A stretch of DNA of 62,920 nt, filler included, from Sluysia triapertura (GCA_046118255.1; 5 parts of 5 records of this genome joined end to end with filler, not necessarily neighbours in it); one strand, 5' to 3'. Shown: positions 1 to 12,570, counted from the whole stretch's first letter. Notes: a model not told the origin generated them from the sequence alone. Made by a program: numbers and translations.

Positions 1-784
1 ATCTCGCATTTATTTTATATATTTAAGGTTATAATAATTATATATAATAATAATATAATAAAAGCAAAAATATATTAATAATAAATGTAGCATAATAATA
101 TTTAATGGCTTCCAATCCTCTTAATTAAATGCAAAGATAATCATTTGGCTGCCAAGCTAGTATGTATCTGATTGGCTATCAGGATTACTAAAAAAATTAA
201 ATAAACAGGCAATTGAATTAAAATTAATAAAGAAAAATTACAGAAATTTACAAATATCAAAATATAAATCAGAAATAAATTATTGAGTCAATGCAATCAC
301 ATAGTGGAAAATGCACTAAGTACTCACCCAAACCCAAATATAGAGTTGTAGATGAATTTCATATATTTAATGCAATCAAACTTATCGACGATTGATATAT
401 AAATTAATAAAAAATAACATGAGACATGAACCATGAATTAGTTGGGTCACAAATACCAATGACGAATAGCTTATAAATCCTAGTGATGAACTTGATCTAA
501 GTATCATGTCAGTTTATTGGCAAGATCCAAATTCAGCATTGTTTTATTTTAAATTTCTGATGCTTATACTTATGAATTACATGAAACAAACAATGTGACT
601 AAAGTTTAGTAAGATAATCGACACTATTTAGATTTAATTGTTTGTCAATTCAGAACTGAAGTACTACAATTTCCGAATAGCGACAACGAATTAATCTATG
701 TTAGGAGCGATGTAATTAAATATTTCTTGTATAAGTACTTATATAAAGAGCTGAAGAAAAAGAAAATTTTTATAAAAATTTATA

Positions 785-1945
785 CTGCTGTGGTTTTATA
801 CAGCAAAATAAAATTGAGCAGGATCCGGTTATACGAAAAGTTAATAGGAAAACTTTTGCTAGAACTTTATCATTTAGACGGTCCTACATAATATCAAATA
901 ATTTATTTAATGTAACTTGCTTCAACGATTAATACAGCCATTAATCGTTCTATTAACACAACGATTAACACAAAATAAACATAACCATTAAATAGATGTG
1001 CATGAATGAATAAACAAATTATAATATAAAAAACCATTGTTATAAAAGAAGAAGTAATAACAGAATTTATAAATGCTGTGATTTTCCTTAATGCTAAATC
1101 TACGGCAAAATAAAAAATTGAGCAGGGTCCGGTTACAGTAAGCGTTTTACAATTAGTAATTGGTACCTCTGTAACTTATAAGTTAAAAATCTTACTTAAA
1201 TTACTTAAAAATATCACTTTTAACACGTTTAGAGGGTCTTAAACTTAAAATATTACAATGAATAAAAACTCAATTAACTTTTGAAGTTTATTAAATAAAA
1301 TACACACGTAGATTAGATTATAAGACAAGACAAAATGAAATAAAATGTAATTAATATATTAAGATCTAAATCCTTGTGGGATATTCGATCTTATCGTTTT
1401 TGAAGTTTAAGTGTAAAATTTCCCCTCAATATGTCGGGGTCTTTACTAAAATGGATATTATAACTAAACTTGTTTTTAGGTGGATTTTAAGATTTTGATT
1501 GTAGGAAATCAGAATCACTTGAACAATAAAATAATTTACTCTTGCATAGAACAAAAATCAGTTGATTAAATCCTTTGACTGCAATCCAATCTGAGCTGTT
1601 TTATGCCAAACTACAATTAGCACTGATAAATTAGCTTGACTAAAAATTTCCAAAATGGCTGACTGATTAAAATGAATGTGTATTTAAAATGACTGAATAA
1701 TTAAAATGGCTGAAAAATTAAATGGCGATTTTCATTAAACTGATGCTAGTTTATATACTAGTCATCCGCCAATGAAAATCGATGGAATTTCCTAGAACAT
1801 TTTAGACCATTCTAGAAGCTTCTATTCTATTTATAGAAGTGAATTTTCTTTTTTTGAAAATTAATATTTTTTAGGTGTTATTTTGACACTTATAAATAAT
1901 TTTAAAACATTTTGTGAGATTTTAAAGGGTCATAATGGCAGACCT
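785..1945. repeat. Dispersed non-coding repeat (family C), copy 1; possible LTR/terminal region
   Basis: Collinear blocks shared with 41035-41700: TGCTGTG..TTGAGCAGGGTCCGGTTACAGTAA, GAGGGTCTTA, CCCCTCAATATGTCGGGG, AATCGATGGAAT..TTCTAGAAG..GAATTTTCTTTTTT. Internal duplication 785-832 vs 1075-1140. Confidence 0.7.
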
Positions 1946-2063
1946 GACATACAAAACGGAAGTCAAAAAATCTATTGTAATATCTAAAGCAAGGTTTCAC
2001 TAACTACAAATTTATTCAACAATATTTTACAATAAGTAAAACATTTAAATTGAAGATTAAATA

Positions 2064-2205
2064 AAATATATGTAAGGTCCCCCTTTTGATCTTAGTGTTA
2101 TTCGAATGCAATACTTTTATAACTACCATCAGAAATATATGTAAGGTCCCCCTTTTGATCTTAGTGTTATTCGAATGCAATACTTTTATAACTACCATCA
2201 GAAAT
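2064..2205. repeat. Perfect tandem duplication, 69-bp unit x2
   Basis: TGTAAGGTCCCCCTTTTGATC... starts at 2071 and again at 2140. Confidence 0.95.
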
Positions 2206-3024
2206 GAGTCCCAATCCAATTTCCACATTATAAGTACTAAATATATGTTAAACGTAAAGGCCATTTATTATAATTACAATATATCCAACGAAACTAATTA
2301 AAATTTAAATAAAAGTAATAAAAGGAAGTAATAATGATGATTGACTTTTTATTGGATTCATATAAATTATTAAATTATGAAATGATTGTAATTAAAATAA
2401 TATAATTAAACAATTTGGCATTAGCTAAAAATTTGTAAATAAAAATGTTATTATTTAATACTAATCTATGAAAAAAATCAATATAAAATTTATTGTTTAT
2501 CAGAAAATTCATTATTGAAATAAATGTTGATAAAAATCAATAATAAAACTAAAATATTCATAATTAAAATAAAATTATTTTGTTTTTCCTAATATTTTTA
2601 CTGAGATATAATAATAGAATTTTCTTCATATATTTTTGAAACATTTAATTAATAATTTACTGAAGCAGCTAAAGAAAACTAATGAAAACGAATATTTTTT
2701 TGTGTTTAAGGAAAGTTAAAAAATAATATATAAATTTTATTAAATGAAATTGACAAATAAAAGAATAGGAAATTAATTATTTATTTTTTATAGTTTGAGA
2801 ATAATCACTTTTAACAAAATAAACGAAATAATATAAATACTTTATTAAAAAATTCAAATTTTACTGCATAAAAACATGTTTTTACGAAATTAGTTAATAG
2901 AAATAATGTTAATATCTTACTAATAATATTAAAAATGTTGATATCTTGCTAGTATATATCTTGCATATATAGCTGCGTCTTATACAAATAAAAAATAGAT
3001 AAGTCAAAGAAAATTATAATGCAG

Positions 3025-3310
3025 CTTATGCTGGAATTTATCAAAACTTTCAATTTTCACTTCACAATCCTCAGATAACTTTTACTCTACTGATGTTACA
3101 TTTCTTTTCATAAAATTATGGACCCAATAATCACTTTCCTTAAATTCACTTATTTCTAGTCATTTTGCAATTTTTTTAGCTTCAAATTTAATAGACAAAA
3201 CCGAAGCTTTTATATTTTCTTTCAGTTGATTTAAAACCCAATTTTTTAAATTCAATCTCAAGGATTTTTCTTCCGCTCTGCTCATTTTGTTGTCTCCATC
3301 TTCATTTATT
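3025..3310 (-). mobile_element. Degenerate pogo/Tigger transposase fragment (CENP-B-type HTH)
   Basis: Minus-strand translation with shifts: LEIE..KNWVLNQ..SVLSIKFEAKKIAK*LEISEFKESDYWVHNFMKRN..KLSEDCEVKIESF. This resembles the HTH_Tnp_Tc5 pattern F.AS.GW...F..R. Confidence 0.65.
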
Positions 3311-4014
3311 CCACAATGTCTACCTACTTCTCTATTTTCATTAATCTCTGCATATTCTATTATTTCAAAATTTTCTTGGCTGTATATGAGTTATGTACAT
3401 ATATGCATATTTTTGTATTTATAAGTGTATTTATATTTTATTGTAAAAATTTATAGAATATTATAATTATTATAAAAGTTTATAAAATATTATAAACTTA
3501 TTACAAAATTAAAAAATTTAAATATAAAATTAAAGAAAAAATAAATTAATGGAAATCCATTATTACAATAATGGATTTGCCTTTCAGTGTCCATTAAATA
3601 AAATGAATTAAAATGAAATAATAACCCATTAAAATTAATGGATTTTTAGAAGCAATTAATGTAGAAAAAAGTAACGTAATTAAAATTAATGCATATTAAT
3701 AGTTAATAAAAGTATTTCGCAGTTTCAATGCAATTGCTAATTCACAGTCTATGATAGAGTGATTTCACAAAAGGATAAGTCTCGCAGTTGATAAATTACA
3801 CAGTTCTTAATTCAAGATTCTAAGACACTGAGTGGGCGGCATAATTTATTTACGGTCTAAATTGAATATTAAATTATACCAAAATCTCGTGGTTTAAACT
3901 GAATATTAATTATTGTGAATATATCTTATACAAAAGCTTTAGAAGATATTATAGATTTTAACATTGGTGTTGGAGATAAACTAAACTGATTTTCGACATT
4001 TTTATTTTCAATAA

Positions 4015-4510
4015 TAATGCTGAGCTTTTCTTATTTAGACATACGAATAAAATAGAAGATTTTCTTACGGTAAGTCCACCAACGTACCAGCCTTACCAGT
4101 TAGGGTTAGCCGCTGGATTTAAATGAAAAAATCTTTAAATTAGAGGTTAGGATTTTATTCAATTATTAAACCTTCACTTGCTTAGTTTAGTTTAACAATA
4201 ATTAAACACAAAGTCCTTATAGCTATTGAGTTTATGTTCAATCCGATTAAAAGGATTGGTAAATAACAAAATTCAGTAAATATTCACTCTGACCTATTCA
4301 ATTTAAATTTATGAAGTTTAAAATGAGAGATTTCTTAAATGATTAATTAATAAATGTTAAACGATAATTTACGTAGATCCTATTAAAAGAATCTATAACA
4401 ATATATTGAGTTTACGTTTCCGAGGACTTCGGAGGACTTAAATCTACGACTGATTTTAAAATATATACAGTTACGAGGATTCGCTATAGGAATCTTTTAG
4501 TAATAGTTAT
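4015..4510 (+). repeat. Dispersed repeat (family D), copy 1, with dyad motifs ATCC-N8-GGAT
   Basis: TCCACCAACGTACCAGCCTTACCAGTTAGGGTTAGCC matches the reverse complement of 54800-54900. A partial copy lies at 49955-50040. Confidence 0.75.
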
Positions 4511-4947
4511 TAAATGAATAAATTACTTAAAAATATATTAAGAAAAAACAATTAGTTATACAGTTATGATAAACGTAAAAATGTGATATATTACAATATT
4601 AACTGAAAAGTTAATAATGATGCTATAGGATTTTAAAAATGAGTTTACGACGGAACCCTTAATTGGTTCCACAATAAAATTATAAAATTAAATTTTGAAT
4701 ATTTTACAATAGTATTTATAATGTACCAACCTTACTAAAAAACAAACTAACGATTGATAAATTTGTTTAATAAAAGTTTTTTGACCACTGTTATCAGGAA
4801 CACCAGATCGAATCCAAAGTTTTTTTATCTGTGTAATCTTTTATTTGTAAAGCGATTGTTTTTATATTAATTTCAGTCGTCCTTGACGACTCTGGACAAA
4901 CAAAACTATTTAATTTTATAAAAATACAAAATTAACAAGATTATTAA

Positions 4948-5176
4948 CCCCTTCCCGGTTTATGCCATATATTTACGGCATAACTAAAACTGACCAGAGC
5001 ATAAAATGCCGTATATATACGCACCAAAACAATCAAACGAAAAATATGTGTAATCTTCGTAATATTTATAAAATGACGTTGAAAATATTTTTATACATTA
5101 CTTTTGTTTTTTTGTTAATAAAAAAAATAGCCAGTTTTCGACCGTACAGTTGAAAAATAAATAAACCGGGAAGGGA
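4948..5176. mobile_element. piggyBac-type MITE (229 bp)
   Basis: TTAA (4944-4947) + CCCCTTCCCGGTTTAT ... ATAAACCGGGAAGGGA + TTAA (5177-5180). TIR match is 15/16 with a TTAA target duplication. Confidence 0.88.
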
Positions 5177-5250
5177 TTAATAATGTTGAACCTATTCTAT
5201 CATTCTTAGTTTTGACCCTCACTCTACCATTATTCTTCGCCAGTCCCAAC

Positions 5251-5298
<48 letters not shown>

Positions 5299-5340
5299 TT
5301 TAGAATAATAATAATAATAATTTTAATAATAATAATGATT
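5251..5340. repeat. (AAT)n microsatellite
   Basis: Direct reading. Confidence 0.97.
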
Positions 5341-5574
5341 AAAATACCATATAACAACTATTTTCTTAAAATATTTTATTTACTTTACTTTTCTGAAATA
5401 TATTTACATTAATTATATTTAAAAATACATTAATTACATAAATTAAAATATTACAATATTATATTTGTACTTTTATTACATTTGTTACATTACATTTTAT
5501 TACATTACATTATTAACATAAATAAAAATAATGAATTTAATTTCATTTTTAAGAATTTAATTGATTTTCATTTT

Positions 5575-5910
5575 TCACGCCCAATTTTCTAATGAATAAT
5601 GTTTTAAGATTCTTATTCTCAAACTAACCATTCTATAAACATTTCGAACTCATATATAGATTCTCTTCTTTCATAACAACTTTCTCATATTCAATTCATT
5701 ATATTAGCATCATTCTAAGTTTAAAAGTGTCAAAATTTCATAATTAAGAATTTGACTTTAGTCAATATTAAGGTTTTCCTTGCATGAACTCGGTCAAACC
5801 ATACCTTCATAGAAAGGTCCTTTCAAAACAAGTATATACACAGTTTCAAATTTAACGTAGCATTCCGCATTTAAAAGTTATCCACAAAAACGTACTTTTC
5901 TTAATTAATT
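5575..5910 (-). repeat. Dispersed repeat (family A), copy 1; decayed coding sequence on the minus strand
   Basis: TGCATGAACTCGGTCAAACCATACCTTCAT and flanks are shared with 35835-36170 and, more diverged, with 11248-11450. Confidence 0.85.
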
Positions 5911-6370
5911 AATTAAGATTTTAATTAATAAGATTTTTAAACTTAATATTATTTTATGTTTAAAGGTTTTCTTAAGGTTTTAAAGTTAATAAGGCATTAA
6001 GGAGGGTCTAGATGTTTTCACCTTCACCTCTCTGATTCCTTTTTCTACATCTTCATGTTAATTATTACCATACTAAACTTATATTATAAAGTCTCCAATT
6101 CAAACAGTTATAATTTATTCATTTAAATTATTAGCCAATTCCTTACAGTTGTTTAATTTTATCTATCGAAAATAATAGGAAATCATGGAAACAAAATATT
6201 ACAATTAAGAAATTATATGATTTATGTGAATTTTATAACTATTTTCATTGTATTATGTCTTTTATAAATTTTATTATGATAAATGTTATAGATACTTTTC
6301 ATTTTATAGTTGATAGTCGTGCAAAATTTTATTTATGTACATAAATTTTATTATGAAATATTTAAGAAAA

Positions 6371-6482
6371 AAGCAAAGTTCTTTCTGTTTCAGAAATATT
6401 ATAGTGAATGATTTACCTTAAGCGCTTTTGAGTACTTTCGCGGTAGATATGAGCGCAATATAAATTAATATATTATTATTAT
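6371..6482 (+). repeat. Dispersed repeat (family B), copy 1, with GC-clamped hairpin
   Basis: Near-identical to 13115-13239. A diverged inverted copy lies at 35571-35670. Confidence 0.9.
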
Positions 6483-7791
6483 TATATTATTTTAATCTTT
6501 TTATTGATAATTTAATTTAATATTTATTAAATTAATTTAATAAATATTAAAATTAATACCACTATTACACAATATCTATAAATTCGTTACTATTATATTA
6601 CTCATTTTATTAGTCATATTATTATCATTATTATTCTAATTTTATAGTAATATTAATTATTTATATTATTATTATATTGTTATTATTGTTATTGTTATCA
6701 TTTATATTAATCTTATTAAAATTAATTTTTTATTTCACTTAACAGTAGCAAATCAGCTACTCATTATTAATTATGTCGTCCTTATCTTTAGTATCACTAT
6801 TACAATTGCCATAATCATTATCGTCTCACTCACCATTAGCAGTGACATTACGCAACCGCACTTCACAATCACAATTTTCATCGTCATAATCATCATCATA
6901 ACTATTTTTAGTGATTTCATTGAAAGCCCATGAAATTTAAATTAATATTTGAAATTCATTGGCAAAGCTTATAAAAATATTTAATTCATTTTTTGTGTTT
7001 TTGAGCAATTTGATAGTTAATTAAATTGTGATTGACTTACTTTAAATGGAAAAAATTTACTCAAACAACTTTATACTAGTGTGTCGGGAGAGACCAAGAG
7101 TAAATATAATGGTAGATTCTGTGAGAATCTATCTCTTTAATATGAAATCATTCAATATACAATTTAAAAGGTGGTGTTTTGAAAGCAATAGCACTATTAT
7201 TGCTTACCTTTACGACTCTATCGAAGATAGTAATAACGAAATCATGCTAAGAGAAGTAATGTCCAGGATCCACTCAAATCCACAAAACAAGAACCAGTTA
7301 TGTTGCTTTCTCCGGCTTAGTATGTAACATAAGAGGCCTGAAGAAGTTATTCACAATTATCTGACATTTTTAAATGTTTTTTATTTTAAAATTAAAAGGA
7401 AGTAATATGATGAATCATTAAATGTAAATTTATTGATTTTTTATTTAATAGATGCTTAAATACGTTTATAATAGTGTAAGAACGCTTTGAATCACCACAA
7501 CGAATGTCTTAAATATTTCCAGTAAATTCTACCAAATTTTGAAACCAGAATATAACAATTTATGCAGAATCCATAATGACAGTAAAATAGGTGATATGTT
7601 ATAAATCGTTTGTTTCAAAAATATAGTCAGTTACCAGAGAATGGCACAGCACTGTAAGATTATGAAATATCTAAGAGAAATACAAAGTTATTTCTATTTC
7701 AGAAGTATAATGAATGCTAAATTTTTAGCGCGTTTGACTACTTATTTGAGTAGGTATTTTCTCTACATATATTAATTTTATTTTTATTTTA

Positions 7792-7792
7792 C

Positions 7793-7847
<55 letters not shown>
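7792..7847. repeat. (TTA)n microsatellite abutting a splice acceptor
   Basis: Direct reading; ends in TTTAG at 7846-7850. Confidence 0.95.
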
Positions 7848-7850
7848 TAG

Positions 7851-8047
7851 ATTCATTCGTATTACACTTGTCTTAAACTTGGCGGAAATGAAAATGCTCA
7901 AACAGCCGTATCAGCAGCAGTTAACTATACATCATTACCAATAGCATTATTTCGAGACGAATTTTCTTGGAAACGATTTGCAGACATACTTACCAGTAAT
8001 TCTATGGTATATTCAGATGAAGAATTAACTACACATTTTAATAATTG
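7851..8047 (+). CDS. NPRL3: NPRL3-like (GATOR1 subunit), penultimate exon
   Basis: Acceptor TTTAG at 7850, open frame IHSYYTCLKLGG...HFNN, donor GTCAGT at 8048. The split codon TG+G joins in frame to the exon at 9265. IHSYYTCL corresponds to LHTYVCL of NPRL3 (from memory). Not in the ORF track. Confidence 0.65.
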
Positions 8048-9264
8048 GTCAGTATTTTATGTTTTGGTTTTTCTGAATCCATTTTCCGTTTAAATATTTA
8101 ATTACTGTAAAGAAAGTATAAATTTTAGAATAAATTGTTTTTAATATACTTTAATTCACTTAAGAAAAACTTAGACATTTGAAAAAGAGGAAAGAAATAT
8201 TTAAAAAATACCATTCAAAAGTTAATGAAATAATAATAAGATGGAAGAATGGAGCTTACCACTCTTAATTCATCAGGAAAGGAGTTACAGATTAAACAAA
8301 AACACCACAGAAGTGCAAAAATGTGAATTAAAACAATATGAATTTAAGAACAGAATAAATAAAGCAGATGAAAATATGGCCAAAATATGACTATAATATG
8401 AAAAAATTGGTCATGCACAAGAATACGTAAGATTATAAATACATATTTTATTATAGAATAAAATTAGCTTTCGGGCAAATTTGGCTTTAGAGGAAAATTC
8501 ATTGCGGAAAAATTATTGTAGCTTAGAATATGGAAAACTTTTGGCTGTAATGTAATGCCAATGAAAAATACTACGAAAGAGAGTATTTTTATTGTAAAAG
8601 GCATAATAAAAATTAGATATTTGATATTTGTTTGGGTAATATTTGATTGTCGAACAGCTGATATTTGGAAAAATATTGCGAGACATTATGAAGCAAGTAC
8701 GATATCTGGAAATTAGAATTCTGCCAAAGTTACTAAAATAAAAAATACAAGTTCCTCATTCTTTCGCTTAAAATATTTTTATTTTTTATATTGAAATAAA
8801 AAAATATAATTAGGAATAAATTATAATTCATCCAGTTTTGTTAATTCTTTATGGAGACTTTGTAAGAAAATTTTAAAATTTTATTTGCATTTCCATTTCT
8901 GAAATCAGAAACGAGTGAGTATCACGATTTTACAGATAGTGTTTTGTGGCGGTTAAAGTTAAATATTAGTTAAAGTTTTGTGACAGTGTAAATAATTAAG
9001 TCACCGATTAGAAACGTAAATCAGAATAATTTTAAAGAATTAGAAGTTCTATAAAGTTTACGAATAAAAGTTTGTAAGTTTAAAGTTATAGCATTTAAAG
9101 TTTTATTACTTTACGAAAGAAACAATGTTTGAAAATAAAATGAAACAAGCAATAAAATATTGTCTACATTGTAGGTATATAAAACAACAATGTATCACCT
9201 ACAATAAAATATTTTGAAATTTTATATAATTAAGGAATTAATTAATATATTTTTTCAATTAAAG

Positions 9265-9505
9265 GGAATTACTTGGACCAGCTAATATCACTTTGATGAC
9301 AGAAGTGTTACCATTATGTGATGGCGAGCACCATTTGGATTCAGTCATATTTGATGTAGCCAATAATCAAGAAAGAAAACTATCCGCAACTAAGTACTCT
9401 CATTTGGGCTTCTGCATTTTGAAATTACTTACGCAACTCAACAAAATGTTCACTAGAACAGATGCTCCTGAACCTGCTACCGCTGTATTTGTTGGAGTTC
9501 AGTAG
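9265..9505 (+). CDS. NPRL3: NPRL3-like (GATOR1 subunit), last exon
   Basis: Acceptor AAAG at 9264. LPLCDGEHHLDSVIF...TRTDAPEPATAVF* resembles the NPRL3 C-terminus LHYFRGRHHLEEIMY...VTTHEDPVIAVF. Confidence 0.72.
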
Positions 9506-11247
9506 GACACGTAATTAGTTTAAGTGTGATTTAATTTGCTTTGATTTTAACAACCGGTGCTTTTATATTTGTGTATTTGATTATAAATTATTTATATTGA
9601 ATTTATTAGATTAGATTATAAAATGCCGTAACTTGTACATTGTATTAGATATTATGATTCAATTTATGTGGCTGACTAGTAGGTTCTTATAATTACCAGA
9701 AAGAATTTGATAACATTTTTATATAAAGTATTTCTTAAACCTGTCGCGCCGACTTTATTTATGCAATTTATATTTTAAATAAAATTATGATTTAATACAA
9801 AATAAATTGATATTTTCGAAATTATTAATTTTTTGGTTCCAATTTGGTACATAAAATCCTCTTGACACACATTTCTTATGAGTATTTACAATTTCACTGT
9901 TTTTTGAAAATTTAATGGGACATATATAACCCACTGGGTGCGAGATAGTTAAGGTATTGTATTACCTTTATTTAGTATGATTAAATCAATGATAGTTTCA
10001 GGATAGGTTTCCCAGTGTCATTTCAAAGAATTGAAGCAGGTATTCCGGTAACTTATTTTCAAAACGAAGAAGTAACTAATTCTAATGATTGGATGACTTA
10101 AAATTTGAACTTTGTAACTTAAAAATAAATTGGACAGGGAGTCCCAAAAATTAGTTTTTATTTAACTTAAAAATTATTAAAGTAATAAAAAATGAGAAAA
10201 ATTACTTATCAGAGATTTACGGCATCTAACACCACGGTATCAATAAAAGTGGCAGCTTAATATTGTAAAGGAGAAGTGGAAAAGTAGTTTTAGACAAAAT
10301 AATATTAAATTAGATATAAAAATTAAACTTTAAAATTATTAACAATTTAAAAATTTTGTTTGAAAATAAACCAATTTTTAAAAACTTAAATTATGGAAAA
10401 TAACAGATTTTTAATTATACTACTTGAAAAATGAATATTTGAAAATTAGTTTTATGACAATTTATGCGAATAAATTAATTAAATTGTATGTGAAACAGCT
10501 ATAAAATAAATTAAATAGCATGAAAATAAACAAATTCGAATTCAAAATAAAAAATGTATAAATAGAACTTAAAAAGCAGAAATAAATTTACAACAAATTT
10601 AGTCTACAGTAAATTTGCTTACACAAATTTAGTCTATAAATTTTGTTTTCAAGAGGGAATTTTGCCTAGGTAGTGAATTGAGAGATATTCATGCAGCTCA
10701 TTTGGCCATAATTTGGAATTTATTGGAACAGTTATCATCCATAAGTTTTGTAAGTTTATTATGGTAGGTTTTAACTTCTTTAAGGAAGCAATAAAATATA
10801 ACTAAACTTTTATGCTTGCTTAAGCTAAAAACAAAATCATATAAAAATTCATTTTCAAAAGCAATAGAAGTTCTATTGTGAGAGAAAGCCCTCTGTTGTT
10901 ATACATTATTATTTTTTGCAACCTTAAGATAAAGATATAAAAGACTTGCAATACTTTTAGAATTACGTTAACATTATTGTGTACTAATAATTATGTTACA
11001 AAATTTTTCGACGATTCCCTCTCATACATTGTAATTATCCAATAACTCCAAAATAAAACATTCCCTTGCACAAAACATTTGATGATTAGACCGACAATTA
11101 CATGGTATGAGCGACAGTGCGTAAAGATTTCATTAATATTCAGCCATTACTTTCATCTATTCTACTCGATCTTCTCATATTAAAATAACAATAATTGGTA
11201 TTGTCAGCACGTATAAAAATAATGAATTTAACTTTAGTTTTTTACTC

Positions 11248-11450
11248 AATTTTCTAATGGAAAATGTTTAAGGTTCTTATCCTCAAACAGATTACTTCTA
11301 GATTCTCCTCTTTCGTGGCATCATCTCATATTTATTATCATCTCATATTCATTATATTTTCGTCATTCTAAATATGAAAATTGCGAATTAATTAAAATTT
11401 AAGTTTTCTCGTGTGAACTCGATCAAACCATATCATCATTGAAAGACTTT
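11248..11450 (-). repeat. Family A, diverged copy
   Basis: AATTTTCTAATGGAAAATGTTTAAGGTTCTTATCCTCAAAC...GTGAACTCGATCAAACCATATCATCATTGAAAG. Confidence 0.75.
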
Positions 11451-12052
11451 TGCTAGTTTTTTTCTTAAATTGATAATTAAATGATAATTACATTAAATTA
11501 TAATACTAATTTGTACTCAACGTGAGGTTCTGTAAATGTTTGCAAAACCTAATTCTAAATCATTTTAAAATATTGACTCTAATTTTAATTCTTATAATAG
11601 TTTATTTATCTATTATAATAATTTATCTGATCAACCAATTCAAGGAAAAATATTGTCTTTTAATTTCTTAGCTTGGCTTTAGAAATATTCTAAATTTTAC
11701 TTCTTGTAATACCTTAAGTTTATAACTCCTTTTAATGCCTTAAAGTGCACTATTTTGTTCTTTTAGGGGATTATTATAGTGCTTTAATAATTCTTATTCG
11801 ATTATTTCCGTTGAACAAATTAATTATAACAATAACTCTATTTGTCAACTTTATTTTAGTTTAAATTAATTTAACTTTAATTTACTTTCAATTATGATTT
11901 TTGTAATTCAATCGATGTATTTTAAATCTTTCTTTTAACTAAATCTTTAATCATTTCTAAATTGAAATAATAAAGAAACTTTAAGTCAATAATGCATGCA
12001 ACTAAAATAATGAAATAAAAATGATAGTTACACAGACGCTAAATTCATAATA

Positions 12053-12152
12053 NNNNNNNNNNNNNNNNNNNNNNNNNNNNNNNNNNNNNNNNNNNNTTAA
12101 TTAATTAANNNNNNNNNNNNNNNNNNNNNNNNNNNNNNNNNNNNNNNNNNNN
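12053..12152. other. Artificial contig linker
   Basis: N44-TTAATTAATTAA-N44, which gives stops in all six frames. Confidence 0.99.
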
Positions 12153-12570
12153 GTACCTTAATGCTTCTAAAGGTTTTTCAAGTCCATCTCAAACCCTTAT
12201 ATAGGTCTTTGGAACCTTAAGATATTCTTGAACTGTTAAGATTATTATAAATGTTTTCTCCTATTTCAACAATGTTTATAATAATTCATTTATTACTTCT
12301 TATCAATTCGTCCTTCATTTGTAATTCCATATGTTTTTTACTCGTCTCCTAATCCAAAGTTGGACAATCCCAACAATTTTATAAAACAATGGTTTGACAC
12401 TTATCCTAATTTGAATTTTTATTTAATGATAAACTCAATACATTGTTTTTAAAATAATGGTTTAAAAGAATTAATGTAAAAATATATCCATGGTATACAT
12501 TGAAAAGTTAATGTGTAGTTCATAAATTTCCTATATATTGTTTAGCTTTTCACTAAAAGTAGAATTAACT

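Noticed and set aside
2016-2301. Overlapping ORFs with repeated peptides
   Set aside because: By-product of the 69-bp (in-frame) tandem duplication.
5115-5412. Poly-Leu/Ile/Asn ORFs
   Set aside because: Translations of the (AAT)n microsatellite.
7046-7753. 93-aa ORF and exon-like segment as upstream NPRL3 exons
   Set aside because: No NPRL3 motif, stops in the frames I translated, and the donor at 7754 is out of phase with the exon at 7851.
8160-8760. Possible pogo/Tigger DDE remnant
   Set aside because: Too degenerate to support by eye.
9733-9953. Possible second piggyBac-like MITE
   Set aside because: TIR match is too poor.
12097-12108. TTAATTAATTAA recurring at ~12-kb spacing as a biological repeat or CRISPR-like array
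   Set aside because: Embedded in N runs; assembly linker.
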